Below, in pieces: positions 1-13,200 of a DNA stretch of 64,000 nucleotides (within the stretch, counting starts at the first letter, position 1; each line of letters starts with the position of its first letter). The stretch lies in assembly GCA_951406725.2 (NCBI GenBank), contig OX597832.1:58404001-58468000 (forward strand). The letters are read 5' to 3'. The notes below the pieces were generated by a model. That model was not told the origin of the DNA. It saw nothing but the letters and a program-made list of their open reading frames with translations, and ran no database searches. Both the position numbers and the translations under genes were made by a program. Source of the DNA: Octopus vulgaris (Eukaryota).

Positions 1-175
1 CGTCGATCGTAAAATAGCCCTGTCAGAATAAAAATGTTTATTTATTTCATACATTCAGCTCTTCATTGGTTACCGCAACGTCCATTTCTTGTAACCCTTT
101 GATCTGCAGACGACACGTGACCAGCACGTGCATAATCCGCACATCAGTTTGGAACACAACACTCACACGCATACG

Positions 176-228
<53 letters not shown>

Positions 229-622
229 TATATACATATATATATATATATACATATATATATACGTATATATATATATACATATATATGTACGTGCTTA
301 TACATATATACATATTTATGCATATATATGAATGTGTTTATATATATATACTATATATATATATACATACATAATATATATATATGTATGTATATACATA
401 CTATATACATATATTTTTTTATTATACTAAATGCCTATGAATGTGAGCATGTATCTATATATGTATATACAGATATATACATACATATATATATATATGT
501 ATACATACATGTGTATATATAAATATATATATACATGTACATATATCTCTATCTATCTATCTATTTATATCTATCTATATCTATATCTATATGTATGTAT
601 GTATGTATTATCTCTCTCTCAT

Positions 623-653
<31 letters not shown>

Positions 654-2382
654 TTATGTATATGTATATAGAGAGAGAGAGAGAGATACACATATATATT
701 ATATACACATTATTGTTCATAGATGTATATTTAGATATGTATGTACACCTGACTCTTTTGTTTAGTGTATTGTGTGTGCATTTGATAATTTTGTCCCTAA
801 GTTAATGACTAGAAGTTTGTGTCTGTATTCTGTTCAAGGCAATTACGTATCGTTTGATGAGGATTCGTGTATGGTGGTGAATGATAAGAAATATCTGTAT
901 AATCCCAGCTTATAATCCTTTTCCAAAATGCTATCACTTTATAGTATCGTCCTGATCCATTTATAAGCAAATGCAACTCTAAGGTTTTTCTCATAGATTT
1001 TTAAAGTCATCCTCGGGAAATTTGATGAATAACAATTGATGGCAAACTCTACGTGATTGCCTGAGATAACAACGAAAATAATTCAAAATATTTGTTGTCA
1101 ATTTATCTTGATCTGGATCATTGCTTCATAAAAGAAATCTCCGATTCATTGAAGCGTTCGGTTTAGGTTCTGAATCCTGTTTAGCTTACAGCTAAGTTTT
1201 TAAACTATAGGCAGTTGGTTAAAATTTCAATGAACGTGTAATTTTTATTTGTTTCTTATGGTTAGTCAAAAGTATCATATAACAACATCTCACTATAATA
1301 AAGCATCAGAAACGAGCGGATATTATAATAAAATCTATTACACCTCTACTCACTTGCCATCCACCTTAAAGGAAAGCATGTCATAAAATCCTATTCTCAC
1401 TCACTTTCTCATTTACCGATAGATCTAACAAGCGTGAATATTGCTTACGTTAATTTAATAAGAATTTTCCGATCGACATGGTTATAAGAAATTATTTAAT
1501 AAAATGAATTTCCAAATATATTATAGTGTATATCAAATATGCACTATATAATTACAAGAAATATAAGTGATTCAACGGAGGTGAATCGGTCTTGCAGAAG
1601 GAAAGATCCATACCCTGTTAAATAGCTTATAACACTGAGGCATTGATTTACAAACCAATATTATTTAGAAGAAATAAAATTCGCATAGCAAGAGTAAATG
1701 TTATGTAGGAATGCCAGAAGGTTAATTTAAACATCGCTTTTTCAATTCGACTTATTTTCTGGGATATTGAGAAAAGGAGAATATTACCAGCTATTGAAAG
1801 ATGTGGAGAAATCAAAAGAAAGCAAGGAAGCGGAATACAATTCAGCATCAAATTAAAATATTTTCAATGAACGGTGTCGTATATAAACACAACAATTTAA
1901 TTCTTTGGAATTCGAAAGGAAATTTCATACTAAGGTATCTCAAAAATCAAGAAAACATCATCTCTGAGATTTTCAATATGTGCGGATAATTTCAGGAAGG
2001 GTCTTCGACTAAATAGACTGAAGGAAAATAAATTATTTCGCTAAAAATATAGACTCATACACATATTTAAAGACAATTTATTAAATCTTCCAAAATTTCG
2101 TCATTCTAAAATGGATTCACTTAAGTCTAAGGTAGGTAATCTTGAAAGAAAAAACGATAACTTTCATATAATATATATCAAAGCGCATGCGCAGTTAGAT
2201 GTCATCAGAAAATTGCATTTCTTAAACCGTAGAAGCTCTTAAATCTATCTGTTGATTGTTATAAGTAAAGAGTTTGTTGGAGGCGTGGAAAGATGAAAGG
2301 TTGGTTTAAATACTAATACTAAACCGCAATAAATACTGCACTCTACCATATCAGTTGAGTGTTCGTCCTTATGTCGTCTGCA

Positions 2383-2385
<3 letters not shown>

Positions 2386-2457
<72 letters not shown>

Positions 2458-2698
2458 ACATATATATATATATATATATATACATATATACATATACACA
2501 TATATACATATATACACACAAATATATATATATACATATATACAGATATATATACATGTACACACATATACATATATATATATATACATATATACACATA
2601 TATATATACATATACACACATATACATATATATATATACATATATATGTATATATATACACACACATATATATACACACAAATATATATATACATATA

Positions 2699-2729
<31 letters not shown>

Positions 2730-3040
2730 ACATGTATATATCTGAATATATATATACATATATACATGTGTGTTTGTATGTAAATATATTTATATACATG
2801 TATGTATGTTTGTATATATGTATATATGTGTATATGCATATATTTATATATACATAGATATATACATATATGCATATATATGTATATGTGTGCATCTATG
2901 TGTATATCTATATACATTCACGCACATATATGTACATATATATATACACTTATATGTAGATATATATGTATATGTAATCTATTAGATATGATGTGTATAT
3001 ATACATATATATACATATATATATATGTATATATATATAT

Positions 3041-3095
<55 letters not shown>

Positions 3096-3140
3096 TATAT
3101 ATAAATACATATATATATGTGTGTGTGTGTGTGTGTGCAT
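2386..3140. repeat. (TA)n/(TACA)n compound microsatellite, representative of many
   Basis: Similar tracts at 177-710, 3945-4640, 12720-12862, 29530-29930, 30450-31530, 35330-36210, 36570-36890, 48215-48735, 53110-53830, 54240-54860 and 56755-56990. Confidence 0.97.
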
Positions 3141-3468
3141 GTATAGATGTATATGTACTGGTTTGTATACTTGTGTATGAGAATGCTAGCATAACAATGC
3201 TACAAATATGGTATTTTTCTGAAAGAATATGGGCAGGCTTAATTTCAATTCCTCTTCATTGTTAAGTTATCCGATAATAGCAAAGAGAGGAGTCAGTCTC
3301 TATATCGCATCTATTGTAAGTAACAAACCCCGTTTCACTGTTTTCAAACAGGAAACAGAAAGCTAAAAGTAAAAATAAAAGTAAAAATAAAAATAAAAGA
3401 AGAGGAAAACACATAACACGTTGTTGATGCAGTTATAGTCACTACTATTGTATTTGTTATTACTGTGC

Positions 3469-3526
<58 letters not shown>

Positions 3527-3568
3527 CATCATCATCATCATCATTATAATTATTATTATTGTCGTTAA

Positions 3569-3622
<54 letters not shown>

Positions 3623-3967
3623 CGTAGTTATTGTAGTTTGCTCCCACTCTTTTCATTTGGCGAAGATTATGAAGTTTCTCGCATAACACGGTCTAGTGAA
3701 CGAACACAATGAGACCTTAAGAACAACTCGATGTACAATCAACAGTAAAGGATAGATAGAAAAAGAAAATGAAAAAAAGAAGACAAAAACAAAAAGACAA
3801 ACAAGAATGTAATACTATAAAAGAACACAATAAATAGGAGAACATCAAAATTATACTGCAATTGATTCTGCGCCATAATGTACACAAACATATATAACAT
3901 TTGTGTGAGTATTTGTGTGTGTTTATAGGGATGATTGTATGTAGGGATATATATATATATATATATG

Positions 3968-4024
<57 letters not shown>

Positions 4025-4309
4025 TAATATGTGTGTGTATAGATATATATGTATATATGTGTATGTTTTATATGCTTATATATATATATATATGTATGTT
4101 TTATATGCTTATATATATGTTCATATATATGTATGTATGTATACATATGTGTGTATGTTTATTTATATATATATGCATATATATACTTATGTATAAATAT
4201 ATATGTATATATGTATATAAATATATGTATTTATATGTGTGTATAGATATATATTTATACATATATGTATGTGTATATATATGTATGTTTATATATATGC
4301 ATATATATA

Positions 4310-4382
<73 letters not shown>

Positions 4383-5023
4383 GATATATATATGAAAGCG
4401 ACAAAACAATAATATACATGTTTATGTATAGAATTATATGCATATATATATATATATATATTTACATATACATACACTTATGAATATATATATACATACA
4501 CTTATGAATATATATGAATATATAAATACGATATACATATATATATATTTACGCATACAGCATATGTAGTATATAGTGTATATATACTTACACATGCAAA
4601 GATGCAAATATATGTATATATGTGTGAGTGCGTGTGTGTGCGTATTCATACTCGTATACGCATACGTTTTTTCCCTCAATTATGTATCTGTTTTTAGACG
4701 GTTATTACTTTCTGTTGATATACATACATTTATCATATTGTTGCTTTTGTTATTTGTTTTCTTACAAATATTATCGTTATTCTTTTTCTGGCTATTACTA
4801 TGTGTCTGTGTATCAGTATTTTCTCTGTTTGTACACGCACACACATTGCGCTCATATATCTGTATGTATAGATACCCCCATATTTATATATATGCCTATA
4901 TATATGTTTATATATATTTGTATGGATATATCTATTTATATTTCTGTCTTAATATTTTAAATGTATGTTTATCATTATGTTTTTTTCACAATAAAGATTT
5001 CAAACAACAACAACAACAAAAAC

Positions 5024-5060
<37 letters not shown>

Positions 5061-6499
5061 GCATAATCATAATGATAATAATAACCGTTGCGAATAAAAG
5101 CGAAACAAGAGAACATAAGTCATTGTATTAGATTGAAAGTGATCTTGTACAATGAACAATTAAGAGCTGAAGTAATTGTAATATCGCTTCTATATTGTTT
5201 CGCTTACATTCCTTGTAGCTTTGTGGTTGGCCTCTCTGTACTTCTTTCTTTTCTTTGCTTTTTCTCTTTCGTCTGCTTCTTTTTGTTGTTAATTTTTCGC
5301 TCTCATATTTGCATTTAATGGCAGAATATTCAAGAAGAAATTCCAAGTCTAATTAGATTTTTCCTGTCTATTGATTGCTATCGATTATTCTTTTTTTATT
5401 ATTATTTTTTTTTCTACACGTTGTATAATGATAATCGCTCATTCTAAGCAATTAAGTCTTTAGAGCACATCACTACTATGTCAATTATATTTGTATGGAC
5501 GTGGTGTGTTTTTGTATGTTTTATTCTCACGCTGAAGGCAAACTATTGTAATGAAAGAAGCCCGTAGCTTGTCTGATGCCGAGAGTAATTTATCAAGTAT
5601 TTTCTACTGTTTGGAACATTAATCAAAATTATCATTTTTCATAAAGTTTATGATTTTTAGTAATTGGCCGTGGGCATTAATCTAACATCTTGATCGTCTG
5701 ATTAACAAACCTTACCATCAACGCCTCATTAAGATATATGCTGTTCTTTAACCTTTTAAGCCAAGTGTCGTTTAACCTATTAGAGTAACGCTGTTTGCTT
5801 GGCTTCGCTGTCCTCTGAAAACTCTCTTGTTCAAAACTGTCAAGTATAACACTTCAAAAAGAAAGAAAAATAATGAAATAAAATCATTTATTGAAAACGT
5901 GTGTGTGTGTGTGTAGAAATTTGTTGAAATATCGACGATTTTGTCAAGGATATTTTGAATGTTTTACTGTGAGAAATATCTGAGTAATTATAATGATTCA
6001 ACTATCGAATATTCATTGTAATATTTTATTCTTCGGCTTACCAGAGGGATTTTGTGCCTATATCGTGATTTCTCATTACAGGATTCAAAGTCTATTTGAT
6101 TAGCAATTATCATCGCAAACGCGTAACATATATTCGTTCATACTCAACTCGAAGACATTGCGACGAATGCAGCTTTCTATTCGTTACTCGTGTCACAAAC
6201 GCGAAGTATATCTGATAAATATGTTTTTCATTTTACAAATTGAGTTACAATAGACAAAACTCATACGTAATTGCTGCATAATGATTGGATGGCTGTAATG
6301 GCTCCAACATGGAAGACTTTTCGTAGATAGTTCTGTACAACCACATAGAATTATATTTGCTCTAAACTAATTAGTCTCAACACGCAGAGACAATATTCAG
6401 TTCCAGGAATGGAAATATAGCTTTCAGAATTGGTTCACTCAGACTGTTTTATATATCAGTCACTACCCTGATTATATCATACAGTGGAGCAAACCAACT

Positions 6500-6822
6500 G
6501 GTACTCCGTCGGTTACGACGGTAACGGTTTCAGTTGATCCGATAAAAGGAACAGACTGCTCATGATATTAACGTTCAAGTGGCTGAGCAACCCATAGACA
6601 CGTGTACGATTCACGTAGTTCTCAGGGAGGTTTAACGTGACATAGGATGTGACGAGGCTGGTCCTTTGAATTACAGGTACAAATAATTTTTTCCAGCTGA
6701 GTTGACTGGAGTAATGTGAAATAAAGTGTCTTGCTCAAGGATAAAATGCACCGCCGCGAATCAAGCTCACTTCATTGCGATCATGAGCCGAATATTGTAA
6801 GCACTAAACCACAGAGCCTTCT
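6500..6822 (-). mobile_element. tRNA-derived SINE (CORE-like family B), diverged
   Basis: Reverse complement of the family seen at 12869 and 57090 (cttgagcaagacactttatttcac...cagctg). Confidence 0.75.
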
Positions 6823-6850
6823 CGTAGGTAAGATAGAGACTACAGAAATA

Positions 6851-7066
6851 ATTATTTGAAAGTTTTTGCCAAAAGGACAGCTTGAGGGAAGTGGAGATGA
6901 GTCGATTACATCGATCCAAGTGTCCAACGGGTACTTATTTTATCGATTCTGGAAGTCAGAAAGGCAAAGTCGACCTTGGCGGAATCTGAACTCAGAACAT
7001 ATCGACGGGTGAAGTACCGCTAAGCATTTCGTCCAGCGTGCTAACGATTCTGCCATCTTGCCGCTT
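6851..7066 (-). mobile_element. SINE family A with 17-bp target-site duplication
   Basis: Matches the copy at 22505-22732. TSD tagagactacagaaata at 6834-6850 and 7067-7083. Confidence 0.88.
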
Positions 7067-8204
7067 TAGAGACTACAGAAATATCGAAATAGTAACATTT
7101 CACGTCCTGATAATGAGGCTATGAAAGTCTAGACACATTGATTTACACCTTCGTAGGCAGATTTGTAGTATAGTAAGATAATCTTAAAGTGAAAACCCAG
7201 CAGCAAGAAAATCAACATAATCAACATTACCTTGCTTCAGTTGGTGTCCATTTTTGACCAACGAGATCATTTATTACAGAGACGAGGCAGGGTAATCCTG
7301 TTATCTGTATGGACATCATATACATTGCTACCATCACCATGCAACTCGTTTCCACTGCAAGATGCAACAATCAGAAAAAACAACAGGGAAAAAATTCAAG
7401 GTCACCTTCAATATTCAGACCATAACTCTTACGTCACACTCGTCTGCAGCATGAAACATTCTTTCCGCACTGAACAAAGGCCGCCTTTGGTGAGCAGAAC
7501 GACATGATCCACTGGGTACCAGCCCATTGCCTTTGAGCATTTAAATCTATAATCATATTATTCTAAAATATATCGTGATGACGGGCAACTAATTCTGCAG
7601 TATTGCATGTAATGGGGCATTCTATTCATGCTTCGACGCATTAAGATTCATTATTCTACAGTCAACCAATAGGAGACCATTGAGCTTCGGCAATGGCGAC
7701 CAACTCGTTGCTCTACTTGTGTACCGTTGGTGATCAAAATATCGCTCTGCTTGGAAGAGGGTTAAATTCTGATCAATGATCTCTTCCACTCGTATAACGT
7801 TTTAACGCGTTTCTACGTTTCACTACTGTATTTTAAATCTATTAATTATACTATTATAAATATGGGGTGGTGCTCCAGTATGGCCACAGCTTTAGGGCCG
7901 AAACGTATAAAAGAATTACTAATATTGATTCAAACTTAAGCGGTGGTGGGAGGAAAACCCATTTCTTTTTTATCTGGTCTATTGCATTATCGAACCCAGA
8001 AAAAAGAAATGGAAAACAGACGTCGGTAGGGGATCGATGTTATAAGATGTCAGCCCTGATCAAGTAGGCTGCAAGTTAGCCTCTGATTAAAGGCCTTTTA
8101 CCCGTGATCAAACCGTCTTTTTCCTGTTTAAGTCGAGGGAGTCTTATACCACATTATCTAAGATGTCCTTTTTTTAAGACGGAAGGGCAGAATTTGAGAG
8201 AACT

Positions 8205-8525
8205 CAACTGTTACTTATTTCATCGTCCCCGGAAAGAAGAAATGTAAAGTCGACCTCGGCGGAATTTGAATGCATATCGTAAAGACTGGCGAAAGGACAC
8301 CAACCATTTTATTAGGCGAGGTAACGATTCTGCCTTGCGGTGTTTTTCAAATAAGGGCCTCGAGTTTTGACACAGTGTGAGTAATCTGTCATCTTTTTTA
8401 TCGACCCCAAAAGATAGAAGGCAAAGTCAATCTCGGTGGAATTTGAACTCTGAATGTGAAAACAGAGGAAAGACTATTAAGCATTTTCTTCCGGTGCTCT
8501 AACAATTCTGTCATCTTGCAACCTC
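8205..8525 (-). mobile_element. Two partial SINE family A copies
   Basis: Two degraded aaagtcgacctcggcggaatttgaa...aacgattctgcc blocks. Confidence 0.7.
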
Positions 8526-9196
8526 ACAACGTCTTTCTAATATTAACTCGAATTTCATTGCTATAGAAATAAAAAGATATCATTTCAGATAGATGAGAAT
8601 ATTAACCTAACCGGGAGACATGTGTTCGTTATTCACAGTTAACTGACATAGATATTAGCTCTGCTTTTCAACATTTGCTTCAAGAAAATTCTACACTGAA
8701 AAGTCTTCTCATCGAGACGTCGTTAATCATGAACTATCTATGAGAACGCCACATCACTAATCATTTGCCAATGACAAGTCACCGACGTAAATGTTTTCAT
8801 ATTAACTATTGTCCGTCATTAATAGTTTGGCATTGATCTCTAGCTTTAATTGTTTTTCGAAACTGACCACAGCATTGTATTACCGGTTTGACACTGACCA
8901 CCTCCCATGTTTAATTAATGGGTGTAAACTATCTAAGTAGGGCCAAGAGTCGTGACGTGTCGCACGGCTACTCAATTCTAATTTTCTATCGGAAGAAAAG
9001 AAATACAATAAATCTCCCATTTTGTAAATAGGTTTTGCATTCTCTTTCTTCAAACAATTATACTCTCATCCACCCACTCAACATATTATATACACAGACA
9101 AATATACATATATGTGAGTGTTTGCCCCTCCATGTATCTATCTATTTATCTATCTATCTATAGATCTACCTATCTATCTGCCTATCAATTTAGTTA

Positions 9197-9232
<36 letters not shown>

Positions 9233-9238
9233 ATATAT

Positions 9239-9292
<54 letters not shown>

Positions 9293-9336
9293 AAAAAATG
9301 AAGTTCGAAAATGCTGCTGTATTATACAATTTTTAA

Positions 9337-9407
9337 TTTTTATATATACATTATAACATGTTTCAGTTCCTGAAATGAACCTTATCAAAAAAAGTTATAT
9401 ATAAAAA
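9337..9407 (-). ncRNA. Minimal type I hammerhead ribozyme-like motif (U3-A8 core variant) in the PLE pseudo-LTR
   Basis: Minus strand reads UUGAUAA-GGUUC-auuucag-GAACU-GAAA-CAUG-UU. Distal stem I is UUUUUAUAUAUA/UAUAUAUAAAAA; proximal stem I is imperfect. Confidence 0.55.
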
Positions 9408-9706
9408 GAGACAGCTCATGCCGTCAAACACAAGAAATTCATTTATAATACACAACGGAGTCAGACATCTTAGAGTTCATGTATAGTTGATATATAGTTC
9501 ATGTATAGTTGATATATAGTTTGAAGTATATGTTCAAAGTGTTCGATGCAGTGGCCCACGGTGGCGATACGTATTCAATACAAAAAACAGATCAAAGTGG
9601 TGGAAAGCGGTCAATACAGAAGATTGATGTTTCCGAAAGAGCGAGGAATTCATTTTTACCTTAAGCAATTGTGATGACCCATGGTGGAAGTTCGCTGGGT
9701 GGTTCT

Positions 9707-10101
9707 AGTGATTTTTTGTGAAATGCTCGGTTTTATAATACCTGTTAGGTGGTCAATCTAGCGTAGCGTGACGTCATCAATGTTTTGACCAATCGTTTCG
9801 TTAGGTGGCTTTAATCAAGTGGAACGGGACGTCATCATTATTTTGACCAATCGCTGCATTATAACTCCCTCTTGTTTGTTTCCTGTCTTGACCAGTCGCT
9901 TCGTTAGTCAAGCATAGCGGGACGTCATCCAGATTCTGCCCAATCACAACTTATAGCTACATTAGATCTGCCCCCTGTCTGTACTTGTTAGGTGACTATT
10001 CAAGCAGAAAAGGACGTCATCAATATTCTGACTAATGACTGTCCCCTGTTTGTATCCTGTCCATTCTAGCAGAGCTAGACGTCATCAACTTGTTGACCAA
10101 T
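9707..10101 (-). promoter_or_regulatory. Internal Pol II promoter of the PLE pseudo-LTR: 5x (GACGTCA-N12-CCAAT), TATA box, Inr
   Basis: GACGTCA at 9770, 9828, 9921, 10013 and 10078, each followed at +19 by CCAAT (CTAAT in one copy). Minus-strand TATAAAA at 9737-9731 and TCACT Inr-like motif at 9711-9707. Confidence 0.65.
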
Positions 10102-10270
10102 CAGAATCGGGTCTGACCCTTAGCTGTATCGTATGTATCAGGGTCAGATTTGCACGAAAGAATTTTTTTCCCTTTTTTACTAAGGCATATTTCCGTCAGA
10201 GTGAGTGTCTGTTTGAAGTAGCGGCCGTGGTGAAATTTGGTTCTCCTTTTCGGAGGACTTATCTTTTGTT

Positions 10271-12357
10271 TTAGTATTCCTGGCCCAGGGTGTTTAAACT
10301 TGGTCTAAATTTTTTTATGAAATATAGTTCTTTATTTTGGCGTTGTGTGAAGGTTGCGTTGTCACTGAATTTATAGAGCGGGTTAGTTGTAAATTTCGGA
10401 TTTACATTTCCAGCACATCTATCTATGTGTCCGCTGACCGGTATTTTGCGGTAATCAGGGTTTCTAATTTGTGATTTATGCACCGCCATCCTGTTACGTA
10501 AGCTATTTTTTGTATGGCCTATATACTGCCTATTGCAGCCTGCGCATGTTATGACGTAAATTAAGTTTTCTGATGCGCAGGTGAAGTTTGTTCTAATGGT
10601 GAACTGGTGGCCTTGTTCCAGTATAAATTCTGATCCTTCTTTCAAGATGACACAGATTCCGCAGTTGGGCCTTCCACATTTTCTAACTGCTGGTTTTGTG
10701 GTTGATGTTGAGTGCAGTGTAGCTTGGGTTAAAATCCTTTTCAAGGATTTTGGTTGCCGTTTACTTTTAATGATGGTGTGTGTTTCGAGGATCCGGTTCA
10801 TCTTTGGGTCTCCCTTTAGTAGGGCTGTGCTTTGTAGTATGGTGTTGAAGGCCTCATTGTTGAGTGGGTTGTGTGTAGAGATGTAGGGAAGGGTTTTTAA
10901 TTGTTCTTTCTTTTTTGGTTTTGTTTGTCTCAGGTCTTCTATACTTAATTTAAGTACCCGTTGGATTGCACTGTCTATTAGGGGCTGTGGATAGTTTCTA
11001 TTTGTGAGTGTGGTTCTAAGTTCCTGGAGACGTGTGTGTCGGGTGTTTGTGTCTGATATTATGGTGCAAATCCTTCTAGCTAAACAAAAAGGGACATTCA
11101 TTCTAGTGTGTCGTGGGTGGCATGAATCAAAGGGTAGGTACTGTTTAGAGTCTGTCGGTTTATAGTAGATATCTGTCTCTATTTTGTTGCCGGTTATCTT
11201 AATGAGGATGTCTAAAAATGGTAATTCTTTTTCGTTGTGGTCCATCGTGAATTGTATATTGTCATTTATTCCATTTAATAGAATTTTAAATTCCTCAAGT
11301 TTCTCTATGCCTTTGTCCCAGATGATGAAACAGTCATCGAGGTATCTTTTCCAGTTGTTATGGATATAGGTGGCGAAGGTGTTTCCATATTTCTCGAGTG
11401 TCATCCGGTATAGTATTTTCTCGAGGTATCCCATCACTAGGTTGGCAAAAGATGGTGCAGTACGCGTGCCCATCGCTGTTCCCGATCTTTGCCTGTAGAA
11501 ATCATTGTCAAAAATAAAATAAATGTTCTCTAAAATGAATCTAAGTCCTTCTATTATAAGGTCTTTGTTTATGCGAGTTGGGAGTTCAAAGGGGTAGTTA
11601 TTCAGCCAGAAGGTGATTGCTTCTATTCCTAGGTTGTGAGGGATGTTAGAATAAAGATTAACTACGTCGAATGATACTAGAAGGGTTTTCTCATTGACTG
11701 TTTTAGGGAGGTGGTTGAGCATATCTATATCGTCTCTTACGTAGCTTTTGATGTGTTTTAGGAAAGGTTTAAGAAGTGTGTCTAAGAAATTGCTGAGGCG
11801 GTGAGTTTCACATGCTGGCCCTGCTATTATCGGTCTTAGTTTAAGATCATTTGGTGAAGGGATTTTGATGAGTGTGTCGGTGGATGTTTTGCACGTTTCT
11901 CTAATGGTTTGGCTTTTGTGTACCTTAGGGATACCATAGAACAAACTCGATTTGCATTTGAAGTTAGTGATGTATTCATACTCCTCGTTCGTGAGTCCTT
12001 CTTGGTATGTGTTGATTAATGTCCTAAGGTTATGCATTATTTTTTGCTGGTTATACTGTTGGGCCCTTTCATAATACGTTTCATCTCTTAATAGGGATAG
12101 CACTAAATTTTTATAATTGTTTGTATTCATTATTACTATCGCGTTGCCCTTATCTGCCTCCTTAATTGTTATTGTTTTGTCTTCTCTTAGTTTGATGAGG
12201 TCGTTCCATTCTCTTTTGTTGAAGTTAGGGCTGTGTTTTTGTTTCTTGATGAATTGAAACGGGAAATTAGTTATGTAGTCACAATAGCGGTCTAAGGCTT
12301 TATTCTTACCTTTGGTGGGGGTGTAATTGCTCTTGTTTCTAGCTATTGAGTTCTCCT
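10271..12357 (-). CDS. Penelope-like element (PLE) polyprotein: reverse transcriptase + C-terminal GIY-YIG endonuclease, 5'-truncated
   Basis: The 619 aa ORF stays open upstream to 12357 (EENSIARNK...TIKEADKGNAIVIM, the PLE DKG motif). RT motifs: SFDVVNLYSNIPH, QRSGTAMGTRTAPSFANLVMG, WKRYLDDCFIIW, LPFLDI. Thumb: YYKPTDSKQYLPFDSCHP. Zn-linker: CGRPNCGIC. Endonuclease: NLIYVITCAGCNRQYIGHT...LRNRMAVH...SGH. No stops or frameshifts. Confidence 0.96.
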
Positions 12358-12725
12358 CTATTTGTTTGTCTTGAAATGCCTATATATATATATATTTATA
12401 AAAATATATATGTATGTATATAGATATAAATGTATATATAAATATGTATGTACACACAAACACACGAACACACCCACCCACACACGTATGTGTATATATA
12501 AACATCTACGTATGCATATATGTTTGAATGTGTGCAAGTGCGAGTGCATAGCAAAACAATAAAATTATTTTACGAAGGAAGTAATCAATAATTAGTTAAT
12601 ACTTTGATATTGAATTCTCAATCACCTGTAATCATTATATATGTGTGTGTGTATAAATATATATATGCATGCAAGTATGTATCTATGTACTTACGTACGT
12701 ACATGTGTACGTATGTATGTATGTA

Positions 12726-12868
<143 letters not shown>

Positions 12869-13200
12869 AAGGCGCATGGCTCAGTGGTTAGAGCGTCGAG
12901 CTTACGATCGTGAGGTTGTGAGCTCGAATCCCGGACCAGGCTGCGTGTTGTGTTCTTGAGCAAGACACTTTATTTCACGTTGCTCCAGTTCACTCAGCTG
13001 TAGAAATGAGTTGCGACGTCACTGGTGCCGAGCTGTATCGACCTTTGTCTTTCCATTGGATAACACTGGTGGCGTGGAGAGGGGAGGCTGGTATGCATGG
13101 GCGACTGCTGGCCTTCCATAAACAACCTTGCTCGGACTTGTGCCTGGGAGGGTAACTTTCTAGGTGCAATCCCATGGTCAGTCATGACCGAAGGGGGTCT
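12869..13200 (+). mobile_element. tRNA-derived SINE family B, well preserved
   Basis: A box tggctcagtggttagagc, B-box-like gagctcgaatccc, then CORE-like cttgagcaagacactt. Homologous copies at 42855-43190 (-) and 44045-44160. Confidence 0.88.

Larger units (their letters stand above)
9290..12357 (-). mobile_element. Penelope-like retrotransposon (Neptune/Naiad-type linker) with ~1 kb 3' UTR/pseudo-LTR
   Basis: RT-GIY-YIG ORF followed by a unique 3' region (10270-9290) that ends at a (TA)n tract (9199-9287). The 5' end is truncated next to a TA-rich tract. The Cx4CxxC linker suggests the Neptune/Naiad group; the clade is not resolved. Confidence 0.9.

Noticed and set aside
47-5100. Numerous YI/IY, poly-N, poly-I, poly-L and poly-T ORFs here and throughout the window
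   Set aside because: They are translations of (TA)n, (CA)n, (TAA)n and (CTA)n microsatellites, not genes.
5220-5360. Exon after a strong pyrimidine tract (…ttaatggcag)
   Set aside because: No convincing donor nearby and no recognisable peptide.
7230-7510. 91-aa ORF in unique sequence
   Set aside because: No recognisable domain or splice signals; possibly an old TE fragment.
9769-10101. CRISPR-like repeat-spacer array
   Set aside because: Repeats are short and degenerate, spacing is irregular, spacers are partly homologous, the context is eukaryotic and there are no cas genes.
10271-12357. Possible selenocysteine-encoding Naiad-type PLE
   Set aside because: No in-frame TGA in the retained ORF, and the Zn-ligand positions are ordinary Cys.
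12358-12549. In-frame upstream ORF as the PLE N-terminus (readthrough or intron)
   Set aside because: It is TA/CA microsatellite-derived, ends in TAG and has no pyrimidine tract before the AG. Simple 5' truncation is more likely.
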